Positions 9,624-18,221 of a stretch of DNA of 32,000 nt are shown piece by piece. The notes beneath the pieces are model-generated. The model searched no databases and was not told the origin of the DNA. It was given only the letters and a program-made list of their open reading frames with translations. Both the position numbers and the translations under genes were made by a program. Location: assembly GCA_016935175.1 (NCBI GenBank), contig JAFGRK010000006.1:30005-62004 (forward strand), read 5' to 3'. This DNA is from Candidatus Woesearchaeota archaeon. GTDB lineage: Archaea; Nanobdellota; Nanobdellia; Woesearchaeales; SM23-78. Each line of letters starts with the position of its first letter. Position 1 is the first letter of the stretch.

Positions 9624-9947
9624 TCAAGAAAGATAATTCTCAGACAATCGCTGGTAAATCTCGTCATGATCCAAGACTTTCTTAGCCTTCAAGTCATAGC
9701 CTATAGAGAGCTTATTCACTTCCTCTTTCATTACGAGTGAAATCCCATATTTATAGTGAGCAATTAGAACAGGTATGCCTATAGACAAGGCCCTTTCCCT
9801 TGCCTTTTTCTCGGTGCTGCCCTGGGATAAGACAATGCCATCAATGATTGTAACATAGTCAAGCCTTACACTAGCCCCTGCCTCTTTCTTCAGGTAATCC
9901 TCTAGAGCCTTCTTCTGCTTATCGTTATTCCTATGGTTATGTTTCAT
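9624..9947 (-). CDS. hypothetical protein (107 aa)
   Basis: Clean ORF with an ATG start and coding-like composition. No recognisable motif. Confidence 0.55.
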   Translation of the reverse strand: MKHNHRNNDKQKKALEDYLKKEAGASVRLDYVTIIDGIVLSQGSTEKKARERALSIGIPVLIAHYKYGISLVMKEEVNKLSIGYDLKAKKVLDHDEIYQRLSENYLS

Positions 9948-10123
9948 GGTTAAATATCCTATTTCGGGTAGAAGTGAAAATGGTCATTTAAATAGGTTTG
10001 TAATTTATTCAGACATTTTTCATCACTAGGCATCTACAAAAACAAGGTATGCGGCGCGCAAGCCTGCGGGCAAGGATGCGAGTTTTTTTAGTTATATGAC
10101 CCAGGGCGCGAGGGTTTGCTAAT

Positions 10124-10159
10124 ACAAAAAAAGTAAAATAAGCCCCGCCGGCGAGGCGC
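10124..10159 (-). terminator. possible hairpin + oligo-T terminator downstream of pcm
   Basis: The minus-strand RNA reads gcgcctcgccggcggggc (GC hairpin) followed by ttattttacttttttt, ~45 nt after the pcm stop. Confidence 0.35.
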
Positions 10160-10207
10160 AAATAAGATAGTTCTTTTAGAAAAAATAATCATCAACCAGG
10201 ATACAAC

Positions 10208-10858
10208 CTACTCATCCCCTATCAGCGGAACAAAGATGACTCCTCCATGCTCTTCTGTGTCTAGCTTGTCTCCTTCTCTCTTGATTATCCTCAACAATTC
10301 CTGGCCATAGCCTTTGCCTACTGGAGCCACAAGCCTTCCACCTTCTGCTAATTGCTCGATAAGTGCTTTAGGAATCTTATCAGCTGCTGCTGTGACTATG
10401 ATTGCATCATAAGGAGCTTCCTTGCCGTAGCCTTTTGTGCCGTCGCCATGAATCACAGTGACATTATTATAGCCGTGCTTCTTCAGGAGTACCCGAGTCT
10501 TCTTTGCCAAGCCCTCAATCCTCTCAAGAGTTATGACTTTCTTTGCAAGCTTGGAAAGAATAGCTGCCTGGTATCCTGAGCCAGTGCCAATCTCAAGAAC
10601 TTTCTCGCTTCCTTTTAGCTCCAGCAGCTCAGTCATCTCTGCGACAATATAAGGCTGGGAAATAGTCTGGCCATGGCCAATAGGCAATGGATGGTCATTG
10701 TAAGCCTCAACTACTAATCCTTCAGGCACAAACAATTCCCTAGGCACTTCCCTCATGGCTTTGAGCACTCGCTTGTCACTCACTCCTCTAGATTCTATCT
10801 GGTGCTTGACCATGTCTTCTCGCAATTTTGAGTAGTTCATCAGAAAAAAGAAATGCAT
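10208..10858 (-). CDS. pcm: protein-L-isoaspartate O-methyltransferase
   Basis: VPRELFVP, GHGQTISQPYIVA, VLEIGTGSGYQAAIL (SAM-binding site) and YDAIIVTAAA are present. An alternative ATG at 10840 (MNYSKLRE..) is equally plausible. Confidence 0.9.
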   Translation of the reverse strand: MHFFFLMNYSKLREDMVKHQIESRGVSDKRVLKAMREVPRELFVPEGLVVEAYNDHPLPIGHGQTISQPYIVAEMTELLELKGSEKVLEIGTGSGYQAAILSKLAKKVITLERIEGLAKKTRVLLKKHGYNNVTVIHGDGTKGYGKEAPYDAIIVTAAADKIPKALIEQLAEGGRLVAPVGKGYGQELLRIIKREGDKLDTEEHGGVIFVPLIGDE

Positions 10859-10876
10859 ACAAGCTTAAAAATATTC

Positions 10877-11461
10877 TCAGAAAAGCACATTCCCCAGCGC
10901 ACTGAAGACTTTTGAGCCGTCAAAGCCTGGTATGGGCAGCATGTTGAAGATGAAAAGGAACATGTTTATCTTGCTCAGCAATGAGAGGAAATGATAGGTG
11001 TCCCTCTTGAGCTTCTTATTAGTCTTCAGTATCAAAAGAGAGCCAAGCCACAATACCAGGTTCACTGCAGGGCCTGCAAAGGCTATCAAGCCGAACTGCA
11101 AGTCAGTGCCAGTCCCAATGATGGATACGTAAGCAGGCACAAAGAAGATGAAGCCAACTCCTACTAGCTTGAGCAAAGCCCCTATTCCTAGCCAGAAGTA
11201 AGCTGCGTGGAAGCTTGCAGACATGCCGTAGGCCATGGCCACGAACTTATGTCCGAACTCATGCAGTATAATGCTTGGGCCTACAACTGCTGCGGCAAAC
11301 CAGAAATCACTCCACCTAAAGCCTTTTTTCTTGCCTGAAAGGTAATATTCAGGGGTGAAGACCTCGACCCTAGGCCTGTGGGGGAATACGTCCTTGAAGA
11401 TGAAGCCAATGACTAAGGTCATGAGTGCTATGTCAAATATCTCGCTTAGTTCTAATAGCAT
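10877..11461 (-). CDS. small integral-membrane zinc metalloprotease, site-2 protease (M50)-like
   Basis: Multiple TM segments, ILHEFGHKFVA (HExxH) and NMLPIPGFDGSKV (M50-type LDG motif). The stop is 18 nt upstream of pcm, so an operon is likely. Confidence 0.8.
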   Translation of the reverse strand: MLLELSEIFDIALMTLVIGFIFKDVFPHRPRVEVFTPEYYLSGKKKGFRWSDFWFAAAVVGPSIILHEFGHKFVAMAYGMSASFHAAYFWLGIGALLKLVGVGFIFFVPAYVSIIGTGTDLQFGLIAFAGPAVNLVLWLGSLLILKTNKKLKRDTYHFLSLLSKINMFLFIFNMLPIPGFDGSKVFSALGNVLF

Positions 11462-11585
11462 GATAGTAATGTGTTAGGGAATGGTTTAAATGTTTTTTGC
11501 AGGCTTTCAGCCTGTCCGGCGCTTGAGGACCACTGAGTTATTAAAAGCAACACCTGCCTATCCCATGCACCCATTTTCCACAACC

Positions 11586-11595
11586 AATATAAATA
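11586..11595 (+). promoter_or_regulatory. TATA box for the 11616 gene
   Basis: aatataaata is centred 26 nt upstream of the ATG at 11616. Confidence 0.45.
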
Positions 11596-11615
11596 AGTGG
11601 CTGATTACTCTCATC

Positions 11616-12842
11616 ATGGGATTTTTCGACTTTCTAAGGAAAAAAGAGCCTGCTGTGGTGAATTTCTCTGAATTAGATGAATGGCTTGACAAGCAGCTCG
11701 AGGAGAAAAAGCTTGGCCAGAAGGTTGAGAAGGCCAAGAGCGTAGTAAGGTCCAAGGTCAAGGAAAGCTTTAATTACCTTGCTGAGCTGGAAAAAGCAGC
11801 CTTGCTCAATCCTAACATCCCAGACAGGGCTAAGCACATAATGGAAGGCCACAGGAAGTTCTATGTGCAAAGGCTCAAGCGCTTCCTTGACGAGATAGAA
11901 GTGCCTGATGACTACTCAGAGATAGGCCACTGTGCTGCCAGGTTCTCAGAGTCAATAACCAAGCTTAGCGAGGAGACGCAAAAGAATTACCTGGTGCTCA
12001 GGGAGTTCGTGGAAAAAGAATTGTCAAAGGTGATAAAGAGCATCAAGGCAATTGAAGACGAGCTGTCAGCCTTGCAAAGATCCATAGAGGCAGAAGGGTT
12101 AGAGCTGATAAGGGAGGCCAGGATCAGGCTCAAGCATTACAGGAATGATATTGACAAGAAGATAAGGCTTGAGAATGAGAAACAAAGGCACCATGATGAA
12201 TTAAGCTCATTGCACTCAAAAAAACAGAAATACCATGAGAAGATAAAAGAGCTAAAGGAGAGCAATGACTACGCAAGGTATAAGAGCTTGCTGGAAGAAA
12301 AAAACAAGCACGAGGAATCACTAAAGGAGCTGGAAAAGGATCTCAGCATCATCTTCGCAGAGCTCAACAGGCCCTTGAGGAAGTACAAGCACGGCTCACT
12401 GAACGAGGACTTAATAGACAAGTACTTGCTAGACCCATTGGGAGCCTTGGAATCAGACCACAGCTTAGTCATAAACGAAGTGCTCTCCAAGATGAGCCAA
12501 GGCTTGCACGAGCTAGAGCTGAAGGAACACCAGGTAGAGAAGGCTGTTGAGCTGATAAGCAAGCTGAGCAAGGAGTTCCTCACAGACAAGAGGATTGCGC
12601 TTTACGAGATAAAATCCCTTAACAAGGACGTGGCTACCAAGATTAACACCAGCGTAGCAGCGCTGAATATGTCAGAGTCAGAGACCCTGCTAAGGAACAT
12701 AGAGCAGAGAATAATCCAGGTGGAGCAGGCCATAGCAGCCATTGAGAAGGACATCAACGAAATAAGCCTTGACTATGCAAAGCAAAAGGTTAAGGAGAAG
12801 GTCAAGGAGATAATGTCAGACATAACCATTAATGACGAATAG
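11616..12842 (+). CDS. coiled-coil hypothetical protein (408 aa)
   Basis: The track ORF starts at 11490, but that N-terminal extension covers the TATA box. The ATG at 11616 (MGFFDFLRKKEP..) fits a leaderless start. The remainder is long K/E/L-rich heptad-like sequence. Confidence 0.7.
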   Translation: MGFFDFLRKKEPAVVNFSELDEWLDKQLEEKKLGQKVEKAKSVVRSKVKESFNYLAELEKAALLNPNIPDRAKHIMEGHRKFYVQRLKRFLDEIEVPDDYSEIGHCAARFSESITKLSEETQKNYLVLREFVEKELSKVIKSIKAIEDELSALQRSIEAEGLELIREARIRLKHYRNDIDKKIRLENEKQRHHDELSSLHSKKQKYHEKIKELKESNDYARYKSLLEEKNKHEESLKELEKDLSIIFAELNRPLRKYKHGSLNEDLIDKYLLDPLGALESDHSLVINEVLSKMSQGLHELELKEHQVEKAVELISKLSKEFLTDKRIALYEIKSLNKDVATKINTSVAALNMSESETLLRNIEQRIIQVEQAIAAIEKDINEISLDYAKQKVKEKVKEIMSDITINDE

Positions 12843-12873
12843 GGAAAAAAAGAATATAAAAAATAAAAAAATA

Positions 12874-14274
12874 TTATTTCTTGTTTGCCTCAGCAGGTTT
12901 CTCAGGGCTGGCTTCTGTCTTGCCACTATTCTTGCTTCCTTCCTGGCTGCCGTTGCCATTAGCATTGCCATTCCCATTGCCACTCACGTTTTTGCCTTTC
13001 CTGCTCCCACTGCCTTTCCTGTTGCCAACTACTTTGGTGCCTGTATTATTCTCATAGTTGTGCATCACTCGCAGGATGGTTGAGTCGCTAATCTTCATGC
13101 CACCAGCCCTCTGCTTAAGGTTCTCCTTTATCTGGGCATAGGACTTGCCTGACAGGTAGTCATTAATCACTTGCTCTGTAGCTCCGAGAGCTGTTGCGAC
13201 AAGGCCGTTGTACTTGCTCCTAACGTAGGCTGCTCCTGCACTTATGGCTGCTGCCATATTGGTTGCTATGTCCTTGAAGCTCCTCACCTGGTAGCCATTC
13301 TTTTTTGACTCCCTGATTATGTCCTTGGCCTTGTAGCCTTGGTTGTAAAGGTCAAGCACTTCCTTGCTAGCGCCTATATCATCATAGCTGGCAGCGTATT
13401 TATCCTTTAGCGAGCTGAGCTTTGACTCAAGGCTTGATGGCTTGGCCTTGGCTTCAATGAGAGCCTCGTCCTTACCATCCCTTTTAACTGCACCAGGAAC
13501 TACTCTTGCTACTTCTGTTACTTCTGCTTTTTTATGCTCATACTTGCTGGCGTAGCTCTGCAAAAGCCCTCCTGGCGCATACACATCAATGTCAGCGTCA
13601 ATGTCAGGGCTTAGCTGCTTGAGCTTTCTCTTGAATTCATCCACAATGCTGTCAAGGGTTAATTGCTTCTCAGCTGGCTTTGGCGCAGGCTTAGGCTGCG
13701 GCATCACTATCGGATTAGGCTTTGGCATTGCAGCAGGCTCTTCAATTGGCTTGTAAGCTGGCTGCGCTGGCAATTGAGTTGCAGGCTTAACAACAGGATT
13801 AACTGCTGGCTGAGCAGCTGGCCCAGTCATGGGCTTGTAAGTTGGCTTAGCAATAGGCTGCACAACTGGCTTCACCACTGGCCTTGGAGCCTGTGAAGGC
13901 TTATATCCTGCAGGCTGCACTACTGGCTGGCCAGGAACTGCATAACCTGAACTTCTGCCAGTGCTGCTCGCAGGGCTGAAGCCATACTTCCTGTTAAAGT
14001 CATCTTTCATCTCCCTGAATCCACCATATAATATCTGCTTCCATCCCCTAGCAATAGAGTTTGCTGCCTTGTCAACGTATCCTAAGGGCCTGCCTGAATC
14101 TATGTAGTCACCAATGTTCCTGAAAATGTTCTTGGTGTAGCTCACTCCCTTGTTGATATCATCGACAATCTCTTTGCCAGAGGCTACTGCTTCCTCAACC
14201 TTTTTCTCAAACTCATTGATTTTCGGCATCACCTTAGGTATCATCCTGTAAATCGCGTTTTCTATCATTCCCAT
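12874..14274 (-). CDS. hypothetical protein with a Pro-rich (KP/QP) linker, HTH-like C-terminal segments and an NG-repeat tail
   Basis: The track start is a TTG at 14313. AGGAGGAGG lies 6 nt before the ATG at 14274 (MGMIENAIYR..). The Pro-rich region spans 13666-13947. DYLSGKSYAQIKENLKQRAGGMKISDSTILRVM resembles a resolvase/sigma-type HTH. The C-terminus reads GNGNGNANGNGS. Confidence 0.7.
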   Translation of the reverse strand: MGMIENAIYRMIPKVMPKINEFEKKVEEAVASGKEIVDDINKGVSYTKNIFRNIGDYIDSGRPLGYVDKAANSIARGWKQILYGGFREMKDDFNRKYGFSPASSTGRSSGYAVPGQPVVQPAGYKPSQAPRPVVKPVVQPIAKPTYKPMTGPAAQPAVNPVVKPATQLPAQPAYKPIEEPAAMPKPNPIVMPQPKPAPKPAEKQLTLDSIVDEFKRKLKQLSPDIDADIDVYAPGGLLQSYASKYEHKKAEVTEVARVVPGAVKRDGKDEALIEAKAKPSSLESKLSSLKDKYAASYDDIGASKEVLDLYNQGYKAKDIIRESKKNGYQVRSFKDIATNMAAAISAGAAYVRSKYNGLVATALGATEQVINDYLSGKSYAQIKENLKQRAGGMKISDSTILRVMHNYENNTGTKVVGNRKGSGSRKGKNVSGNGNGNANGNGSQEGSKNSGKTEASPEKPAEANKK

Positions 14275-14287
14275 CTTAATCCTCCTC

Positions 14288-14797
14288 CTATTTGGTTGTA
14301 TAACTTTTGGCAAGGCTCTTGACTATTCCCTCGAGCCCTGCTGAAAACATCCTTGATGCGGCCTGAGCAATCATTCCTCTGCCATTATTCCTCATCTGCT
14401 TAAGCTGCTTGCCATTGACCAGCCTTATTCCCCTCTTCTGGGCGTATCTTATTGCCTTCCGGGTGTAACCTGTGTCTGTGACCATCAATCTTATCGCGCT
14501 CCTGCCGTTGTTGTTCTCAAGCTTATGGTAAAACTCAGCCACCTGCTTCACTCCGACATGCCTGTCCCTGAAGTGCGCCTTGCACTCTATGATGTAAAAC
14601 TGCTTGGTCTTAGGCTTGAACATCACCAGGTCATATTCCCTTTTCATTGCCTTGTCCTTGTCAAAGTCATAGTTCTTCATCCACTTGTTCTGATCAACCT
14701 TGACATAGCCGTTGCTTTCAAAAACGCCCCTTACATCGCGCTCAAAGCCATGGCCTAATTCGCCAGGAGTCATGTTCTTCTTGTTAGCATAGGTCAT
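14288..14797 (-). CDS. Mrr-cat / restriction-endonuclease-fold (PD-(D/E)xK) protein
   Basis: GHGFERDVRGVFESNGY..EYDLVMF..FYIIECKAH..VGVKQVAEFYHKL..RLMVTDTGYTRKAIRYAQKRGIRLVNGKQL follows the Mrr_cat (PF04471-type) order of motifs. Confidence 0.75.
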   Translation of the reverse strand: MTYANKKNMTPGELGHGFERDVRGVFESNGYVKVDQNKWMKNYDFDKDKAMKREYDLVMFKPKTKQFYIIECKAHFRDRHVGVKQVAEFYHKLENNNGRSAIRLMVTDTGYTRKAIRYAQKRGIRLVNGKQLKQMRNNGRGMIAQAASRMFSAGLEGIVKSLAKSYTTK

Positions 14798-14876
14798 TTA
14801 GTCACTTCATCTTTTTCATTTCAATCATAATAAAAATAAAAAAAACAAAAAAATAGTTTGTGCTTATGCATCTTTT

Positions 14877-15140
14877 TTACGCATCCTTTTTCTTGTAGCC
14901 GTCAAGGGCTTTCTTTATTGAGTCGAACAAGCCGTACTTGTCTGCCTGGTCATAGCCTGCGCCTATAACTGCGCCGCCTGCCATCCTTCGCATAAGCTGC
15001 TTCTTGCTCTCGTCCTGTGTCAAGAACTTCTTCTTGACCACATCGTAGACAAGCAAGCCGCCAACTGCAAGCTTGCCCAGGTCTATGACTCCTATCTTCT
15101 CTGCCTTTGCCATCTCAACTTTCTTTTCTAGCTCTGCCAT
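14877..15140 (-). CDS. small hypothetical protein with a Gly-zipper segment (87 aa)
   Basis: GGAGGT lies 7 nt before the ATG at 15140 (the track start 15155 contains the SD). AGGAVIGAG is a glycine-zipper-like stretch. Confidence 0.6.
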   Translation of the reverse strand: MAELEKKVEMAKAEKIGVIDLGKLAVGGLLVYDVVKKKFLTQDESKKQLMRRMAGGAVIGAGYDQADKYGLFDSIKKALDGYKKKDA

Positions 15141-15186
15141 GTTAGTTACCTCCATATGTTTTCATTGCTTTTTGCTTATCTGCTGA

Positions 15187-15591
15187 TTAGATTGGCTCAA
15201 AATCTCCAGGAGCCCCATCGCCATCCTCAGGGCTGTCGCTGCTTCCATCTCCGTTGCTACCTCCTCCTGGGCTAGCAGCCTGGGCTTGCCCGTTCTTGCG
15301 GTGCTTGCCATTCATTATCAGGTAAGTGCCTACAGCCCCGGCAATCGCCCCAAGGCCGATGTTCTGAACCCTCTCGTTCATGCTGTACTTGTTTCCGTTG
15401 TTGATCTCCTCGCCGATATAGTCTCCTGTCACAGCGCCAAGTATGCTTCCCTTGGCAAGGGTCTTGTACTTGGACTTCTCCTCCTTGCTAAGGTTAGTCT
15501 TCTTGCTAAGGTAGCCTTCAAGAGGCTTGTCAGCCACCCATACTGCTGCTGCGCCTATAACTGCGTGCTTCAATAATTTCTCTAATCCCAT
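15187..15591 (-). CDS. small Gly-zipper membrane-associated protein with an acidic G/S/D tail
   Basis: SD AAGGTGA precedes the ATG at 15591. The sequence contains VIGAAAVWVA, ILGAVTGDYIG and IGLGAIAGAVGTYLI, and the tail reads SPGGGSNGDGSSDSPEDGDGAPGD. Confidence 0.65.
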   Translation of the reverse strand: MGLEKLLKHAVIGAAAVWVADKPLEGYLSKKTNLSKEEKSKYKTLAKGSILGAVTGDYIGEEINNGNKYSMNERVQNIGLGAIAGAVGTYLIMNGKHRKNGQAQAASPGGGSNGDGSSDSPEDGDGAPGDFEPI

Positions 15592-15630
15592 TCTTGCATC
15601 ACCTTTTGCCCTTGTTGTTTTTCCTTAATG

Positions 15631-16164
15631 CTATTTTTTCTTGAAAACACTGTTAATCAAAGCATAAATGCCCAGTATCATGGCTTCGTGCATTATCACG
15701 TCAATCCCGCTGACAGGCTCATGCACTAATTTGCCGCTAGCTTTCCTAGCTATCTGGTAACTCGCATCAAGGGGATTGGCCACCATGCCGTCCCTGACAT
15801 TTTGCAGCACTTCCCCTGCTATGTATTCCAAAGGGTTAGAGCTGTTCTTCATTGGGTTGCCGCTGCCAGGAACTGCTGCATTAGGATTCTTCTTGGTCTT
15901 CCTGCTGCCCGTAGGAGCGCTGACCAGCTCATCAAGGTCATCATCTGCCCCTGCTGTGACTTTCTCTGGCAATGGAGACTTGTAATCCTGCGCGCTGCTC
16001 TTCTTAGGGTCATATCCATCAATGATGTTCTTCTTCACTCCCTCAATGACCTTGTCAACGAGCCCATCTGAGCCTGAGCCCTTGCCATCAGCCAGCTCTT
16101 TTGCTTCTTGCTTTCCTTCATAATCCTTTTTTGAATCCACAAAGTACTTTTTTGCCTGTGACAT
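15631..16164 (-). CDS. hypothetical protein (177 aa) with a C-terminal hydrophobic segment
   Basis: SD AGGAG lies upstream of the ATG at 16164. The N-terminal two-thirds look disordered and K/D/G/S-rich. The C-terminus IDVIMHEAMILGIYALINSVFKKK looks tail-anchor-like. Confidence 0.6.
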   Translation of the reverse strand: MSQAKKYFVDSKKDYEGKQEAKELADGKGSGSDGLVDKVIEGVKKNIIDGYDPKKSSAQDYKSPLPEKVTAGADDDLDELVSAPTGSRKTKKNPNAAVPGSGNPMKNSSNPLEYIAGEVLQNVRDGMVANPLDASYQIARKASGKLVHEPVSGIDVIMHEAMILGIYALINSVFKKK

Positions 16165-16212
16165 TTTTCATCAACTCCTAGCATGCTTCCCCAAGCTTTT
16201 CATCACTCCTCT

Positions 16213-18003
16213 TCACATCACTCCGTTCCTGCCCATGTCCCCGACCACAATGCCGGGTATGTCTGTTTCATCTTTTATTGTGTATAGCTGGATTTTCTTG
16301 TGCCTGAACCTGCCTGTATCCCCTGAAAACCCTCCAAAGCAGAACCCTGATGCTATCTCAAGCACAGTTATCCTGTTAGTGTTCTTCTTGCTGACAAGCC
16401 CTCTCATGACTTCGTCATAATTGTAAATATAACCGTCTGATATGAGCATTATGTCAACTGAGTTCTTGTTCCTGGAAAGCACTTCGTGCATCTTCTCTGT
16501 CTCAAGCCTTGTGCCCCCTTCCTGGTAATGCAGTATGTTCTTGGAAACCTTGCGAGGGTCATCAAGAAAATTGCTAGCCTTGGTCTCGCTGCTGAAATTA
16601 ACCACAGCCACCTTGCTGCCTTTTCTCAGGTATTGCCTGGCAGCGCACACTCCTCCAAGGGCTGCGTATGAAAGCTCTTCTGCAGGGTCTGCCATGCTGC
16701 ATGACGAGTCAATCATTACCAGCAGGTCAGGAGTTCCCTTGGTTTTCTTCTCTCCCCGGCTGCCTTCTTCATTCCATGACTTGGAAATCTCAGGCAAGTA
16801 CTTGCCATAGCTGTTGAAAACATCAACCCTGGCAACAGGCTCATCAATCTCCCAGGGCTTTAGCTGCGTGCTCGCATTCTCCCCTCCTCCAATCACATCC
16901 CTGTCCTCGACCAGTATCTCATAGCTCTCTGCCTTGGCATTGTAAAAGTCAATTAGCGCATCCTTAGGGTCCCTTCCAGGGGCTCTGCTCCTGCCTGAGC
17001 CTGCGATTGGCAGCCCTTTCCTTGTTGCGCCAGGCTTGCCAACATCACTAAGCCCATCATCTTTAGCGCCTGTTTCTTGCCCTTTCAGCCTCTCCTGCTC
17101 TTGTCTCACAAAATCATGTAGCTTCTTGTAGTTATCAGGCTTCTCAAGCTCTTTTGCAATATCCTTTAATGCCCTTTCAACTTCTTTCTCGTCATAAGCC
17201 CCTAGGCCAAATCCATCAACCTTGGAAAGAGAGTAGCCTCCTGATTTGCCAGAGCTGCTTTTACCCTTGTTGCCTTCCTGCTTTTCCTGCTCATCAAGCT
17301 CTGCAAGTATCCTCGCAAACCTCTCAGCGTTCTGGTAAGCCCTTTTCCTGCTGGTGAATTTTATCTTTCCCAGCTCATCAACCTTCTGCCTCAAGCCCTT
17401 GCCTATTGTCGGCACATCAAAGTCCATGCCTGTCTTAAAGGCGTACAAGTGGCTGAGCACTGCCTCAGTATTTGAGCTCTTGTCAAGCTTCTGGTAAATC
17501 CTCCTTATCGAATCCTCTCTCTTGTCAAGCATGAGCTCCAAATTCAGGCACACGTCCATGAAATAGTTGGAAAGCTCATCCTTTTTCTCAGGGCAGGCTT
17601 TCTCAATCCTGTAAGTCAGCATTATCATGTTCTTCAAGTCCCAGGGCATTATCTTGTAATGGCCTGCCTCGTGCAATAGCAGCCCCCTGAATATGGTCTG
17701 GTAGTCAAGCCCCTTGCCCCTTAAGTGGTCAACAAATTTTTTCTGTATGCTTATCTCGTGGCTTTTCATGCTGATGCAAGCAGTCTCAACCTCATCTGAC
17801 TCAACAAGCTTAGGGAATTGCAGCTCAAAGCAGTAAAGCCTTTTCTGCACATAATCCCAGGCTTTCTCCAGCTCATCATCTATTGAAAGAGGCGAAGCTA
17901 TAGCAGCCTGCTGCTTAGCATCAGCAGCATTAACTGCAGCTTTCTTGCCTGCTTCTTGCCCTTTTTTTCTTGGCAATCCCAATAAATCCTCTAAAAACGA
18001 CAT
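16213..18003 (-). CDS. putative metallopeptidase (HExxH, DUF2201_N-like) + C-terminal vWA domain protein
   Basis: SD GGAGG lies 8 nt before the ATG at 18003. LLLHEAGHYKIMPW is encoded at 17659-17673. The vWA MIDAS motif LLVMIDSSCSMADP (DxSxS at 16696-16710) is followed by a VAVVNFSS..GGT..IMLISDG beta-strand pattern. Confidence 0.85.
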   Translation of the reverse strand: MSFLEDLLGLPRKKGQEAGKKAAVNAADAKQQAAIASPLSIDDELEKAWDYVQKRLYCFELQFPKLVESDEVETACISMKSHEISIQKKFVDHLRGKGLDYQTIFRGLLLHEAGHYKIMPWDLKNMIMLTYRIEKACPEKKDELSNYFMDVCLNLELMLDKREDSIRRIYQKLDKSSNTEAVLSHLYAFKTGMDFDVPTIGKGLRQKVDELGKIKFTSRKRAYQNAERFARILAELDEQEKQEGNKGKSSSGKSGGYSLSKVDGFGLGAYDEKEVERALKDIAKELEKPDNYKKLHDFVRQEQERLKGQETGAKDDGLSDVGKPGATRKGLPIAGSGRSRAPGRDPKDALIDFYNAKAESYEILVEDRDVIGGGENASTQLKPWEIDEPVARVDVFNSYGKYLPEISKSWNEEGSRGEKKTKGTPDLLVMIDSSCSMADPAEELSYAALGGVCAARQYLRKGSKVAVVNFSSETKASNFLDDPRKVSKNILHYQEGGTRLETEKMHEVLSRNKNSVDIMLISDGYIYNYDEVMRGLVSKKNTNRITVLEIASGFCFGGFSGDTGRFRHKKIQLYTIKDETDIPGIVVGDMGRNGVM

Positions 18004-18023
18004 TCCTTTTTCCTCCGGTTATA

Positions 18024-18221
18024 TTGAAAAAGTCGCCGCAACCGGCACAAGCCTTTAACGAAAGCCTTGAGGGAAAAGAGCTACACTCGCATTGCGATGC
18101 TCGGTAGCAAGCGTGGAATGGGACTTCCGAAGGAATGTCCCATACTAACTCTTTTGCAAGCTTTTGTTATGAAAAGCTTCGGGGGTTGGCCCCGTCGGGG
18201 TGGCTTAGGCGACTTTTTCGA
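18024..18221. ncRNA. candidate structured RNA element of unknown class in the AAA+/vWA spacer
   Basis: A perfect 12-bp closing stem pairs 18026-18037 (gaaaaagtcgcc) with 18208-18219 (ggcgactttttc). A 7-bp stem pairs 18074-18080 with 18149-18155. An 11-bp bulged hairpin spans 18118-18143, an 8-bp hairpin spans 18158-18179, and a G4/C4 hairpin spans 18181-18200. There is no credible ORF, and the strand is undetermined. Confidence 0.45.

Noticed and set aside
10018-10170. tRNA gene in the GC-rich intergenic patches (also checked at 18004-18245 and 30195-30370)
   Set aside because: I could find no cloverleaf with a 7-bp acceptor stem, no T-loop GTTC(G/A)A(A/T)TC motif and no D-arm consensus on either strand.
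16213-18003. The vWA protein as a Ro/Rsr (TROVE + vWA) homolog partnering the adjacent structured RNA
   Set aside because: The N-terminal region carries an HExxH motif in a DUF2201_N-like context rather than any TROVE feature I can recognise, and the RNA lacks the conserved Ro-binding helix sequence. The idea is kept only as an architectural analogy to test.
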